A stretch of DNA of 64,000 nucleotides from Ptychomitrium polyphyllum. Its lineage: Eukaryota. The DNA is taken from assembly GCA_973851085.1 (NCBI GenBank), contig OZ316776.1:14570001-14634000 (forward strand), in the 5' to 3' direction. How positions within the stretch are numbered: the stretch's first letter is position 1; every line of letters begins with the position of its first letter. A program made the translations under genes and the position numbers. Below the pieces are notes generated by a model, which was not told the DNA's origin, did no database searches, and saw nothing but the letters and a program-made list of their open reading frames with translations. Shown here piece by piece: positions 14,334-27,082 of the stretch.

Positions 14334-14537
14334 ATGTTGCCGGTCATAGCTGTGGTGGTGGGAGTGGTAGTGTTTGAAGCGGCGGCAATGCTCTTGTCCA
14401 CAGCGTTGTGTGCTGGTCCCAACCCCAGTTCGGGACGTCGTCGTCGTCGTCGTCAGGGTACATATGGCGGCGGTGGTAATGGAGGAGGATGTGGCGGAGG
14501 AGGATGTGGCGGAGGTTGTGGCGGAGGAGGCAGCTAA
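14334..14537 (+). CDS. Small (67 aa) protein: hydrophobic N-terminal helix, poly-Arg, Gly/Cys-rich GGGC tail
   Basis: ATG at 14334 follows AG acceptors near 14298-14308; upstream donor GAG|GTACGT near 13949 implies a 5'UTR intron. Product MLPVIAVVVGVVVFEAAAMLLSTALCAG...RRRRRR...GGGCGGGGCGGGCGGGGS*. Confidence 0.65.
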   Translation: MLPVIAVVVGVVVFEAAAMLLSTALCAGPNPSSGRRRRRRQGTYGGGGNGGGCGGGGCGGGCGGGGS

Positions 14538-15334
14538 TACTATACTTGGTTTCTTCATTAGTTTCTGCCAGCATTGAGGGTGCAGCATGTCACAGGAGCC
14601 ATTTTGTGTTTGAATATCGGGTATTTTGCATGGAAATATATCGTGATAGTATCATCTTTTGAGTCAGAAGAGGTCATCCAATTCATCTGAAGTTTGCAAC
14701 CAACTATGTTTTCTTGCTTCATGATCAAAGAAAGAGTTGAAGTATGTTTGTACCACATTCTGATTGAGTCCAGCTTTCAATATAAGCAAGATCGATTTGC
14801 GGTTTTGCTCCTTGCTCTGGTTTTCAGGGTCTCAGACACATTTGCCAAATTTAGAATCATGCCGAGCGTACATCTTAATTGTGATAAGTGTTCGTCTCCT
14901 TGAACCTTTTGATGTCTGGCTTAATTAGGCTTAAGAAATTCCAAATACTTTGTATGAAGATTGACGATTGCAGTAAGAGAAACTACCATTGACGAGAACC
15001 AAGAGCTATCATCGTTATCAGTTCACAAAATTGCCTTCCCACCGGAGTCTGAACAATTACAACAGCTCAGAATGAATTTATGTACAAATATAACGAATAT
15101 GCATTTCTACTGTGGTAATTTAAAGCTGCAACTACATCTCTTTGTTCTGCTCCTCTGTATAAAAACAATGCCTAACTCGAGCTTGGAAGAATAGAATGAC
15201 ATATACACTTCCGAAGCTATGACAACTCTCACTGTCAAATACTTGGTCCTATTTGAGTGACGTCGTTCCTAAGCTCTATCACTCTCATCGGCGAATATTA
15301 AAATATAAGCTCCCGTTAAAAGGGAGAAAATCAG

Positions 15335-17720
15335 TTACTTTTCCATCAAAAACTCTTGAATCTGGATGCCAGTGTGGCGTGAATCCTCTTGTAAACTCAA
15401 CAGAAGTTTGTCTCCCACTTTCAAACTCGTAACTGGAAGTGCTTTAGAAGCAGTCTCATCTAGTCAGATGCACACAAAACACTAATTAGAAATTGAGATC
15501 ATTTTGAAAGAAAACTTTTCAGAACATGCACAGCTCTTTCGAATCCATTTACAAAAGAGTGATCCACCAATACTCACCTCCAGGTGCAACTAAGCAAACA
15601 GTCTCTGCATTTTGTAGCAAAACGCTGTGCCTTTGACCATCAAATTCCACCTCCACAAGCAGCAGAGGTCTTGATTCTATCTTCACACGCCCAACCAAGA
15701 CAGAGCGAGTGTGCCCCAGCGCGTCCACCACCATTACTTGACTGCCAGTGTGGAGCTCAGACAGGTATTCTGTGCGGCCACCAGCCATTCCAACATACGC
15801 ATGAACCGGCCCCTGTGATAGAACATAGACTATTAACATGTCATCAAAAAGTGTTGAAAATTTACTCGAATGTATACCGTCTAAACTAATTGGAAGTTAC
15901 AAGCTCCACACTGGTAACAGAACTAGCTGTTACCAGGAAACTGAATTATCAATACTAGTCAAGAGGAAAAAGGTGACTTACAGCGTTCACTCGGAATGAT
16001 CGGGAGGCCACGTAGTTGTTTTCTAAGCACTCAGAGTGTACCAAGAAGAGAGCTCTTGCGAAAGATCCAACCTGTGTAACAAAGATGGAAGTTTGGTACA
16101 AATTGGGGCTGTAATCAACAATTGGCTGTTACCAAAACCATAATATTGCTGAGAATCATTTCCGAGTCTGATGGAGCTTTCTATGTGAAAACAAACGAGT
16201 GCATAGCAGGTTTCGCTATCCAACAAGAGCAGCTTACCAGGAGACCCTCTCCAGGATGCAATAGATTGCATAGATCAACACAGACACGGTCTCCCATACC
16301 AACACACTCTACTTGAGTGACTATCGCCTCCACCAGCACAGTTCCCATTATTGGATTTTTCCTGTCTTTCAAATATGCCTGCAATAATTACGAGCCATAA
16401 GTTAGAGCATCCACGATGAGGAAGAGGAAGAAAGGTCAGAGTACAACCAAAACGCAAATGCAAGAGCTCAGAAGCTAGCCTGTGCAACTGGCAAAGTTCA
16501 TTGTGATACTTGGTTGCGTGTTCCAAGAAACAAAAAATCCTTTACCTTAAGAGCAAATACTTCAGAGATATCGTCAGTCTGCAATACAATTCCATCAGTG
16601 CCCTTCTCAGAGGCTTCGAGATAAACCCGAGCATCACTCGCTGTGCTCGCTGTAGCATAAAAAGCCATGCTGCTGTCCTGGAAAGCTGCCACCATAATCT
16701 CAGCGGGCATGATCTGGTAGATCAAAGACACCGCCGCACAAACTGTCATCCTCATGTACATAAAACACAATAATCAAACAGTTTCTCCAGAAACAGCTTG
16801 ATCTATTTACATTTTGGAATAGACTTCTATTTTACCTTCGTGAAACAAATGTAAATTTACCTCATTGCAAGAGAAAGGTTAGAGTAGACTTCGCAAACAA
16901 CAACAGCAGAATCAGGTAGAAAGATAAGCGTGATGAGATCAACCTGCCAGTCAAGTGAGCTCATCACCACAATCTTGGCCTCGCCCATTAACGAAGGAAG
17001 GGAGTCAACTTGCTCGCTCAAATCAAATTGCTCGCTCAAACCTAGAACAGCCACTTGCTTGTTCTCCGAGTTCAAGAACTGTCCACCCTCCAAATACAGT
17101 GCATTGATCTTCGCAAGAGCTGTAATGCAAAAAAGACACTCGTAAATTGATGTACAAAGAGCTGAGCAGCTGCCAGAGTGTTCAATCGCGTATCAACTAC
17201 TATATGATTATTTTACGGGAAGAGAGAGAAGCCCTGCATGGAGAAGAGCAAAGGGCAGAGAGCACCTACAAGTCCATTCATGAGCAAAGTCCATTGTCTC
17301 TGAGGTGAAAATAAATGTTGACCAGCCACCTTCAACAGAGGCCATCATCACATCCTTGCTCTTGGTCCACACCCACACTGTCTTAGATTTTATAATTGCT
17401 TGCCGAGGCGAAGACCACCCAGTCCTTGCAGGCCACCCACTTGCTGCTGGTGAAGCACTTCCTATGTTAGAATTTGAAGCTGTTCGCTGTGGCGAAGTCC
17501 GCCTACTTCCTACAGGCCACCCGCTCGTTGTTGGTAGAGCACTTCCTACGTTACAATTTGAAGAAGCGCGTACAGGTGAAGACCGTCCACTTCCTGCAGA
17601 CCACTGACTTGCTGTGGATGGAGCACTCCCTAAAGACCGACTACTTCCTTCAGAGAGCGCAGCTCCTACATCGCCTGAAGACGATCTTGACAGTGGGCTG
17701 TTTCTGTTGACGGTATTCAT
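15335..17720 (-). CDS. 3-dehydroquinate synthase type II-like protein (multi-exon)
   Basis: Exon peptides [53 protein letters not shown] and C-terminal [14 protein letters not shown] are characteristic of the DHQS-II family. The start codon (17720) is uncertain. Confidence 0.88.
17396..17632 (-). repeat. 84-bp (28 aa) tandem repeat, about 2.8 copies, in the DHQS-II N-terminal extension
   Basis: An agcact(t/c)cc anchor recurs near 17454, 17538 and 17622. Peptide units [19 protein letters not shown] / [19 protein letters not shown] / [19 protein letters not shown]. Confidence 0.8.
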
Positions 17721-18554
17721 GCTCGGACGCACTACAACAGACTCTGCAGTTAAGAAAGGACCCGAACTGTCAGATGGTCGATCTACCCAAATCAATCATT
17801 CCATCCATCAAGGCCACCACGGATTCAAAACTTTAATACAAGAACACACCTCGCAAGTCACAGAAATTGTAACTCAGAGGTAATAGAGTTTCCCTCATGA
17901 ATGTATCAAACATATAGAGTAGGATCTGGACAAGCGTACGCAGCACATTCGTGTACCTTCGCTGCAGGAAAAATGTGAAGCCTTGAATTCTCTAAGCGGA
18001 GCCTTGAGCTGCCATGATCAACTTAGGTCGAGAAAGCGACTAAAAATGTTCATTGAAGTTTGCTAAGAACTCAAACCTAACAGCTTTGTGTACTACCCAG
18101 AAGCAGTTCGAGGACCGTGACCTAGAGAAACTTGACAATGCTGAAGGCCAAAAAAAGGACGCTTGGCTATGGCTTCTGCGATTCCGAAATCCACTCACTG
18201 AATGGTACGGAGAGTATAACCAACGTCACCAGCGTCTGCACATCTCTCAGTCAGCATCCTCAACCCCTCACTCCGACACAAGCAGGAGGCAAAACATTAG
18301 AAGAATATCATTTCTCCAAAGTATACTAGGCTACGCACGTACGAACTACTATCCCTCCAGCATATCGACAAGAAAGATATGTTGTGAAAAGTGTCGAGGG
18401 AGATTGAAAATGATGACCAGTGATAAACCCAATGGCTACTACATAAAAAAGCTTAAAAGTCAGGATGCCCGGCAGGATTCCTGCTTCACAATCGCTCTGG
18501 TCCAAATCATAGAGACAAGAAATGCAACGATGTGAACGTAAAAACGTAAAGCCA

Positions 18555-20468
18555 CTAGACCTGCGAATTGAAGGACGGAGGAGACAGTGATGAGAATTTT
18601 TCACTAAAAATTTCAGATGTCTGTTGGAGAATATAGGTTTGAGCAGAGAGTAAAAGCGAGAATAACAAAAACATGATTCTAGCCGAAACATCTTGGTCAC
18701 TAAGAATCTACAGACCTGGTAGCAACTTTGCTTACGTTTTGGGATGTGCGGTCTCGCAGAGCCGCTACTCGACATCTTGAAAGGGTCTTCATTTTGTGGG
18801 CCATTTGGCCTGGTATGCCATGGCGGCCTTGGTATGGGATTTCTTGGAACATCCGGCCTGCTAGACGAAACACCGAACCTAGGCCCTGCGTTGCTGTGAT
18901 GTTCCGGCGTCATCGGTACAGACTCCCACAGGGAATCATCGCGTTCAAAGTTGGATTCGTGGTTGATCGAAAAAAGATCGTCGAATGAGGACTGAGTGTC
19001 AAATGGCGAGCTCGTGGAAGTGCTTGCCATTGAGGCCAAGGACGGTTGCTTTGACAGAGGCCCCAGCCTCTCATGGTGATCTTTGAGATCGGCCTGGTTG
19101 AATGTCGTGGACGACAGCGACGACCCCTGCAAGGAACTCATGCCGCTCTCCGACGATGTTTTGGAATGTACACTGGGATGCGACATATAGAAACTGCTGC
19201 ACTGGGTGTTGAGCGGAGTGGGACCTCCGGCAGGCGGCCGCGGCGTCGGCTTGCTCACGGCGAAGGATCGGATACTCTCCGCTCCGCCTGAGGACCGAAC
19301 TCGAGTCACGAAGCATGTCAGATTCTCGATGAAGTACTTCCTATCCTTCTTCATCGTCCTGCCACACACACAACAAAAGTCTCAGCAAGGAGCGTCAATT
19401 GCTGATTCATCAGAGGCTACGGAAATGTTGTCAAGCTCAAAAACTATAACCCAAAAGATCAAATGCGCCGTTCTAACAAGCTTGACACAAGTTCAGTCTT
19501 CTCACTTGTCAACAACGACATGGTACGCGCCCGAGTTCATCGCCTCATCGACAACAATGCTCTTAGGATTATGCCCAATACACACATCGATCGACAACTG
19601 CACCTGCAGCCATGACAAGTGAATCCCACAATATTAATCCTACAAGGCCTCGTCGCCGGACTATCAAATGCTACAATGCTAAATCTCCAACAAGTTAGTA
19701 AAATAAGTACCCCGGCCTTCTTGCACCGAGCGTCGAGGTCATGCATGTTGTGCAGCATGTAACGCTTGTTTGCAATCTCGATTTCCAGAGTCTTCCTGCT
19801 TGAGCCATTCCAGGTGTTCTTGTCAACACGGCTCATGAATCCAACTGCAACCACATCGTAACAATCCAGTAGCTTCAGAATTGTGTTCATCCCGTATCCC
19901 TTTCTTCATTTGCAGCTTCAATGCGCCCGGTTCCCACAGATAAAGGAGCCAATTGAGCAATGCAAGATTGTTGTCAATCTTTTTAACATTTTCTTAATGG
20001 GACTCTATTCGAACTCGCAAACAAAGTGACAGTCGACATCACTTGCTAGAGCTTGCAACTTGCAATCTCCTAATCGTCTCTAACCTCATTCTCCTCTCTT
20101 TTCTTTATGAAATAAAATAAAAAGAAGAAAACCTAAACTCTCCTACGTGGCGAGATGATATAAAATCTTCACAACTTAAAATTTTCGATGCGCAGCATTC
20201 TACATCCGCCATTGCTGATGCTGAGATCGCTGCCCCTCCCTCTGTAATCCAAAAACATTAGTGGAAAGATGAGCATGTTTCTTCTTTGGCTTCCCGACTT
20301 ACTCTGATTTTGCACATGGGTGATGATACCAACGAGCCGCAGAAGATCGCCATGGCGCACGGCGTTTTCCAGGGCCCATTTCACAGCGCTGCTGGAGACC
20401 TCCCTGCTAAGATCGATCACCACAAGCACGACGCCCTGCGACTTGACGGCCATATACGCCATTTCCAT
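18555..20468 (-). CDS. USP-like (adenine nucleotide alpha-hydrolase-like) domain protein with Ser/Pro-rich tail; no kinase domain seen
   Basis: Spliced peptides VLVVIDLSREVSSSAVKWALENAVRHGDLLRLVGII, IVVDEAMNSGAYHVVVDK and MKKDRKYFIENLTCFVTRV resemble the N-terminal module of USP-domain receptor-like cytoplasmic kinases. The 3' end is tentative. Confidence 0.7.
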
Positions 20469-23400
20469 CGCCACCTCGGCCGTACCACACTGCCTCAAAC
20501 CCCAATCATAAACCACCAGCTCCTGCTATCCCCGCGTCCTGCTTCGTTCTCCTATTCCAAAGCCGGCGCTTGTCGAGCCTGGATGTCAGCACCCAAAAGA
20601 AAACCTATTGAAAACCTATCTCTTTTTAAAATACAAAACCCTCTGCTCTGAATACGTCCATCCTTCTCACTGCTGCCTCTCCGCCGGAATCCCCAAATGC
20701 TTTCTCTGATTCCAAGGTTCCCAAGACGACATGACTCTCTGACCTGAACAGACACCTACAAGTTTCGAAAAACACTCAAGGCGCCACAATTGTAGACTCA
20801 CCACACGCTTCAGGGCTACAATCCGGCACTACAAATGCAATTATTCACGAATCACAGTGACAAGATTCTTACAACTAGGGTGTCTCTTTGTAGTATCAAG
20901 AGTCGCAACCTCCGCATCAGTCAAAGAGAATTCAAGACCTGAGGACGAGTAAGCAGAGCCAGCGTCACTGCAGCCTCTTCTCCATTGACTCTTTCAGCTT
21001 CACTTCTCAAACTGTCACTTTTGTCGATCTACTTCTACCGTTCGTTAGATTTCAGTTTCTATTAATGTACGTACTCATCCCTGAGAACGCAGGTGCTAGC
21101 TTTCGTTGTCGATGCTTCTTCTTTGCAATGATCCGACATGCCTAAACAAAATTTCTGCAGAACCCGTAGTTGACATGCCGCGTCACATCCAATACCATTC
21201 GTGCAGGTTGCAGCAGCAGAGCAGCAGAATCGTAACGTCCCTTGGAACAGTATTAGTGCTTGCGAAAAACCGATGCAGCAGTGCAGTTGTATTTGCTGCG
21301 CAGGTTGCACGTTGCAAGTTGGTTGTCCTCAGCAGGCGAAAGCTCACGAGCGTATCCGGTAATTACTTTCTATTCTTTTAATTTTGGCACTCATCGCAGC
21401 TTCCTAACTATACTCGACACTCCAAAAATTCCAATCTAGAGAAGTACGAGAAGACTTATGCGGATGATCATCCGAGACTTATGAGAATCATCCTGATAAT
21501 GTAGCTAAAAGAATCTTGCATAATTAATTTAGGATTGTGGCGGTGTCCAAATGGCGATTCTCTGTGATGCCCTGCAATTCTCATCACAGGAGGGTCAATT
21601 GTGGAGAACCTGACAGCGTTCTTCGTTTGTTCCTTCTCGTTTTTAGTAACAGTTCCAGCCTTGTAATCCTTTATTTAGGAAGAGACGGAAGCTCTCCGGT
21701 CAACGAGCTGACACTGCGAACTCAACTAAAGTACAATTATTACTTTAAACATCATTTTGCCTTCCTACGAGAACCCTGAAATGGAGACAAATATTTGTAA
21801 AGTGTGTGTCGTCTCTTAAATGTCACCAACGTCACTCGTACCAACCCATCTCCATTCTGAGACAAGCAATCAGGATGTTACAGCGTAGTTGAACGATACA
21901 GTGCTGCAGGTCCGGGGTTCATGTGCATGGAATACCAGGAAGTCGGCCGACGATACAGGAGAACTAGCAAATCATAACTTCTCATTCTGCTCACAAGCAA
22001 AAGAGGTGTCAGGTTTCTACGGGAGTATTGTGTAGACTTGCATAATCCCAATCGAGAGGAGAGATACGAATTCTGAGAGCGTTCCACTGGTCTAAAACTT
22101 GAACTCCAGCACCCCTAGTGCCAGTGGCTGGGGGAATCTGGATCCGCGAAGATTCCTGGATTCGGATACACACAAACTCCTGCAGCACGGGAGACAACTA
22201 AGTTAGCAAATTGGGGTTCTGGCAAAAGCGTGTGTATTCACGTCACGGCGTTTCATATGTGCCATGCAAATGGTCACGTCGTGGTTCACCAGTTTGCACG
22301 CAAATGTGATCGCACTGTGGGCTGGCAGTGGAGCTGTTCCTTAGTAGTAACATCACCTGCAGAGGCACCAGAAGGACGAGGAGAAAGAAAAGAGTAGCAA
22401 CTTACTAGTGACTTACTAGTGATTACTGTGCACTTGCAGTAACGCTAGAAGGACGAGGAGAGAGCGCAATGATACAGGAGTGGGGTCCTTGGAGTCGCTG
22501 GCTGGAGTGGTTTCGGCGCTCCAAGCGGCGTAGAAGGGAATGTGGAGAACATGGGAAACGTCGAGAATGTTCGACGGAGTTCGTGTGCAACTATAGTGAG
22601 TTCTGGAGAGGAAGCTCGGCGTCGAGTCGTGGGTGCTCGGCTACAGCGCCGCCGTCGGGTGAGTAGCTTCCTCCAGTTCAGCAGCCTCTACAGTGTCCAG
22701 TTCACCGGCACTTTTGTCACGGCAGGACACATACTTCAAACTTGAATCACCCAGTAAGGGAGCAACACCGAAAAGCAACCCAACAGTGCCAATTAGCACC
22801 AACGTCTGCATTTCTAGATCTCAAATGAACTACTCCACCTTTTTAAGAAGGAGCTATAGTGTAGCAAGGGAAGAATGAAGTTAATTCTAGCACACTGTCT
22901 GGTTATTATTTTAGAATATGAAGGTTGAACTTACTGTTTTTATTTTCAAGCTTGAATACAAAGGAGTTAATCCTTAAGTTCTCTAAAAGTGATAATGGTC
23001 TCTCATCTCACAATCTTATCCACGCTTCCAATAGTCCATGTTGAATTGTAAATGACTTCTTATCACGTAAATCCAAACACCTTTCAAATGGAAAATAAAT
23101 AATAAGGACCAGAAATAAACTCTTAAAAAAGAATCCTCTAACTCCTACAAATAAGAACATGTAGATGTAAATCATTAATGAACTCAAACACTTCTCTCAG
23201 TTTCATTTGGCTCATCCATTTAAAACTCATTAAATTCAAATTCTAAATTGGTATAATTTAAACAATATCAATCTTTTAATCCAAACTATGATATAATTTA
23301 ACATCCTAATATTAAAAGATGATGTGATCTTCCTTTTATACTTCATAAAAGAGGTTGTAAAGACAAACATTTCAACTTCATAAAATTTCATTAAAATATG

Positions 23401-24017
23401 GCTACCATCTTGAATGATTAAATATTACATTTAACTTCATACACGGTTAAAATAGAATTTTGGCCTTTAATTCATGCATCGATTTCCATATGGCTACTTC
23501 ACAACACAACATTCAATTAAACAAATTGTAACTGGATACAGTACATCTCAGCATAGAAACAAAAAATTTGCTTCAAATTTTAAACTTAATTCTATATCAA
23601 AACTTCATGATCATAGATTATTAAATCTTTCCTAATGAACATACAAAAAAGCAAGCATTCCTCAACCTTATAAAAGAAAGAATTAAACAGAAATTAAACT
23701 CTTCAATAACACATTATTCATCAATATATAGCTGTTCATCAAACATAACTTCAACAATGACATTAATAATGAAACCTTAACAAATACGCCATCTTCACGG
23801 TTTCTTTACAATCTGATCTACTTCTTTATATCAAGTGACCAAACCCGACGAGGCCCGAGCGAGCGAGCAAATTCCTGGGCAGCGAGAAAACAAGTGCACA
23901 GTGTCGCGCATAGCATGAATACATACACCGACGTCGTCAGAAAAAGCGGGGCCATACACGCCGGTCGAGGCTGCTGATCGCGGTGACGAGACGGGAAGTC
24001 CCGCGGGGCTAAGGAGG

Positions 24018-24070
24018 AAAAAAATTTGGACCATTTCTCGATTTGTGCGTGTCATCCTTGCGCAGGGGCC

Positions 24071-24102
<32 letters not shown>

Positions 24103-24122
24103 TCAGATGTCTCCGAAGAGAC
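24018..24122 (-). ncRNA. U6: U6 spliceosomal snRNA (left copy)
   Basis: Reverse complement of 27760-27864, with ACAGAGA box, AGC triad and T7 terminator. Confidence 0.97.
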
Positions 24123-24145
24123 ACATGCTCCATATCTGCCCGCCC

Positions 24146-24186
24146 TTATATAGCCCGCCTTTACCCCGTGCCAAACCATATGGGCT
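24146..24186 (-). promoter_or_regulatory. Pol III snRNA promoter (USE-like + TATA) of left U6
   Basis: Mirror of 27696-27736. Confidence 0.75.
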
Positions 24187-24701
24187 ATCTCCTATCGTGT
24201 CACTGGAGCCCGCACCACCAGCGTCCAGTCTCCGACCCCCTCCCGCTCCCCACCCTCCACGCCGCCGCTGCTCTCCTCTGGATCGTGCTCTTACACGACT
24301 TGTTTGTGTCGTTCGTGCAATCAGTCTGCATCACTGTGTATGGCTCTGAACTACGCCCCACCAAACTTCAAAGGACTCGGGGGCCCACCCCACCTGCAAC
24401 AATGTCCGGTAGTACCCTCGGGATACTCTGAACTCTGAGGCCACACCTCTCATGGTCGGTAGACCGGAACCCGTCCATCAGCTGTGGTCGGAGGCCCTGA
24501 AAGCAATGATGTTTGGTTTCCCACTGAGGTGGTGAGACACCTCTGTGGAGACTTTCGTTTTCCCCAGATTCTCCTCCCATGTACGACGTTTGTAAACTTC
24601 TGGTACCTTCTCCAATGCTGGGCTATGGCGTCAAACATCGAACGTTCGATTCAACACCATGGCATGAAGGCGAGTTCAGAGAACTTGAGCACACGGTTGT
24701 T

Positions 24702-27082
24702 GACAAAGAACCGCGGAGAAGAACAGCAGGCTCTCAAGCGTATGTAAAGCATCCAAGGGCTTGCGCTGCAGGAGGCGCGCAGGACTTAGTGAGTTCATGG
24801 CATGTCCAAAGCATGCCAAGGCAGAACTGCATTTCGCAGACGCAGCTATACTGAACTGTGCAGCGGCAAACCCCTTGAGCGTTTAATTAGTTTCAGCTTT
24901 TTGTTAAGCGGAGACACATTGGCTGTCAGTCTTATCTTTTGCTCTCTCTTTTCAATCTGAAATACTTAGTAAACAAGAGTGGAAAATGTACACGGTATCT
25001 AAAATCTGAGAGCCTATACTGATCAGTTCTACTCCTTTGATGCTAAAGAATTTGCGTCAACCACAATAGGCCTCATTTTTCTCTCAGTTTCTGAAATAGA
25101 CATAATTGTTGCCTCTTCAGATCAAAAGCGACACAAAATTTGACAAAACAGAGCCGACGGATACACCGCTTGTCCTGTAATACCTTGTTCTTCAAAAATG
25201 CGATGTTGGAGACACCAGTTCATGAGAAGCCTAACTGGTAATGGAGACTTTGGTCTTACCTGTATTAGTTGCTACTCATCTCGCTTGCCAGTGGGCATAC
25301 TGGTGTTGAAAGTGGGAGCAGTTCCACACCCTTCCTCCTTCCTGAACAAACACTCAGTGCCATCCCAGCAAAACTGCCTTGTGATTGATTCGTATCAAAA
25401 CTAACAGACCCTACTCAGAAACACAGCATTAATAATATCATCGACATGCGTGAAAAACGCTTACGTAAGTAATCTGAAACGTAACAGGGAAACCACAGAC
25501 CAAAGTTCGTCATGCAAATTCTTGTGTGCAAGATTATCTGAAGAAGCTCAATTGTGAGCAAGAGCCTCTGTGCCTGGTTTCAAATTACATTAATTATCTG
25601 TAGTGTGCTAGTGTGTATTTCCTTATCTTGTGAAATCGTGAAATTCGTTGTCCGTTTTCAAGCATGAACTCGAAATGGGAACAATCAGAATAGCAACTTT
25701 GGCAGATGCGTCACGAGCCATTATGCAAATGATGCACGCCACCAAGAAGGCTCTCCAATCGCTCAAGGGGTTTGCCGCTGCACAGTTCAGTATAGCTGCG
25801 TCTGCGAAATGCAGTTCTGCCTTGGCATGCTTTGGACATGCNNNNNNNNNNNNNNNNNNNNNNNNNNNNNNNNNNNNNNNNNNNNNNNNNNNNNNNNNNN
25901 NNNNNNNNNNNNNNNNNNNNNNNNNNNNNNNNNNNNNNNNNGACAAAGAACCGCCGGAGAAGAACAGCAGGCTCTCAAGCGTATGTAAAGCATCCAAGGG
26001 CTTGCGCTGCAGGAGGCGCGCAGGACTTAGTGAGTTCATGGCATGTCCAAAGCATGCCAAGGCAGAACTGCATTTCGCAGACGCAGCTATACTGAACTGT
26101 GCAGCGGCAAACCCCTTGAGCGTTTAATTAGTTTCAGCTTTTTGTTAAGCGGAGACACATTGGCTGTCAGTCTTATCTTTTGCTCTCTCTTTTCAATCTG
26201 AAATACTTAGTAAACAAGAGTGGAAAATGTACACGGTATCTAAAATCTGAGAGCCTATACTGATCAGTTCTACTCCTTTGATGCTAAAGAATTTGCGTCA
26301 ACCACAATAGGCCTCATTTTTCTCTCAGTTTCTGAAATAGACATAATTGTTGCCTCTTCAGATCAAAAGCGACACAAAATTTGACAAAACAGAGCCGACG
26401 GATACACCGCTTGTCCTGTAATACCTTGTTCTTCAAAAATGCGATGTTGGAGACACCAGTTCATGAGAAGCCTAACTGGTAATGGAGACTTTGGTCTTAC
26501 CTGTATTAGTTGCTACTCATCTCGCTTGCCAGTGGGCATACTGGTGTTGAAAGTGGGAGCAGTTCCACACCCTTCCTCCTTCCTGAACAAACACTCAGTG
26601 CCATCCCAGCAAAACTGCCTTGTGATTGATTCGTATCAAAACTAACAGACCCTACTCAGAAACACAGCATTAATAATATCATCGACATGCGTGAAAAACG
26701 CTTACGTAAGTAATCTGAAACGTAACAGGGAAACCACAGACCAAAGTTCGTCATGCAAATTCTTGTGTGCAAGATTATCTGAAGAAGCTCAATTGTGAGC
26801 AAGAGCCTCTGTGCCTGGTTTCAAATTACATTAATTATCTGTAGTGTGCTAGTGTGTATTTCCTTATCTTGTGAAATCGTGAAATTCGTTGTCCGTTTTC
26901 AAGCATGAACTCGAAATGGGAACAATCAGAATAGCAACTTTGGCAGATGCGTCACGAGCCATTATGCAAATGATGCACGCCACCAAGAAGGCTCTCCAAT
27001 CGCTCAAGGGGTTTGCCGCTGCACAGTTCAGTATAGCTGCGTCTGCGAAATGCAGTTCTGCCTTGGCATGCTTTGGACATGC
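24702..27082. repeat. Direct duplication of about 1140 bp (24702-25841 = 25942-27082) flanking a 100-N gap; probable unmerged contig overlap
   Basis: The two copies abut the N run (25842-25941) exactly and appear identical except for one extra C near 25953. Confidence 0.9.

Larger units (their letters stand above)
23837..24881 (+). repeat. Left arm of 1045-bp inverted repeat (partner 27001-28045)
   Basis: Position x pairs with 51882-x. Mirrored identical ORFs appear in the track, and both ends were checked base by base. Confidence 0.97.

Noticed and set aside
15911..15936. 10-bp perfect stem hairpin in a DHQS-II intron
   Set aside because: Too short and isolated to distinguish from chance
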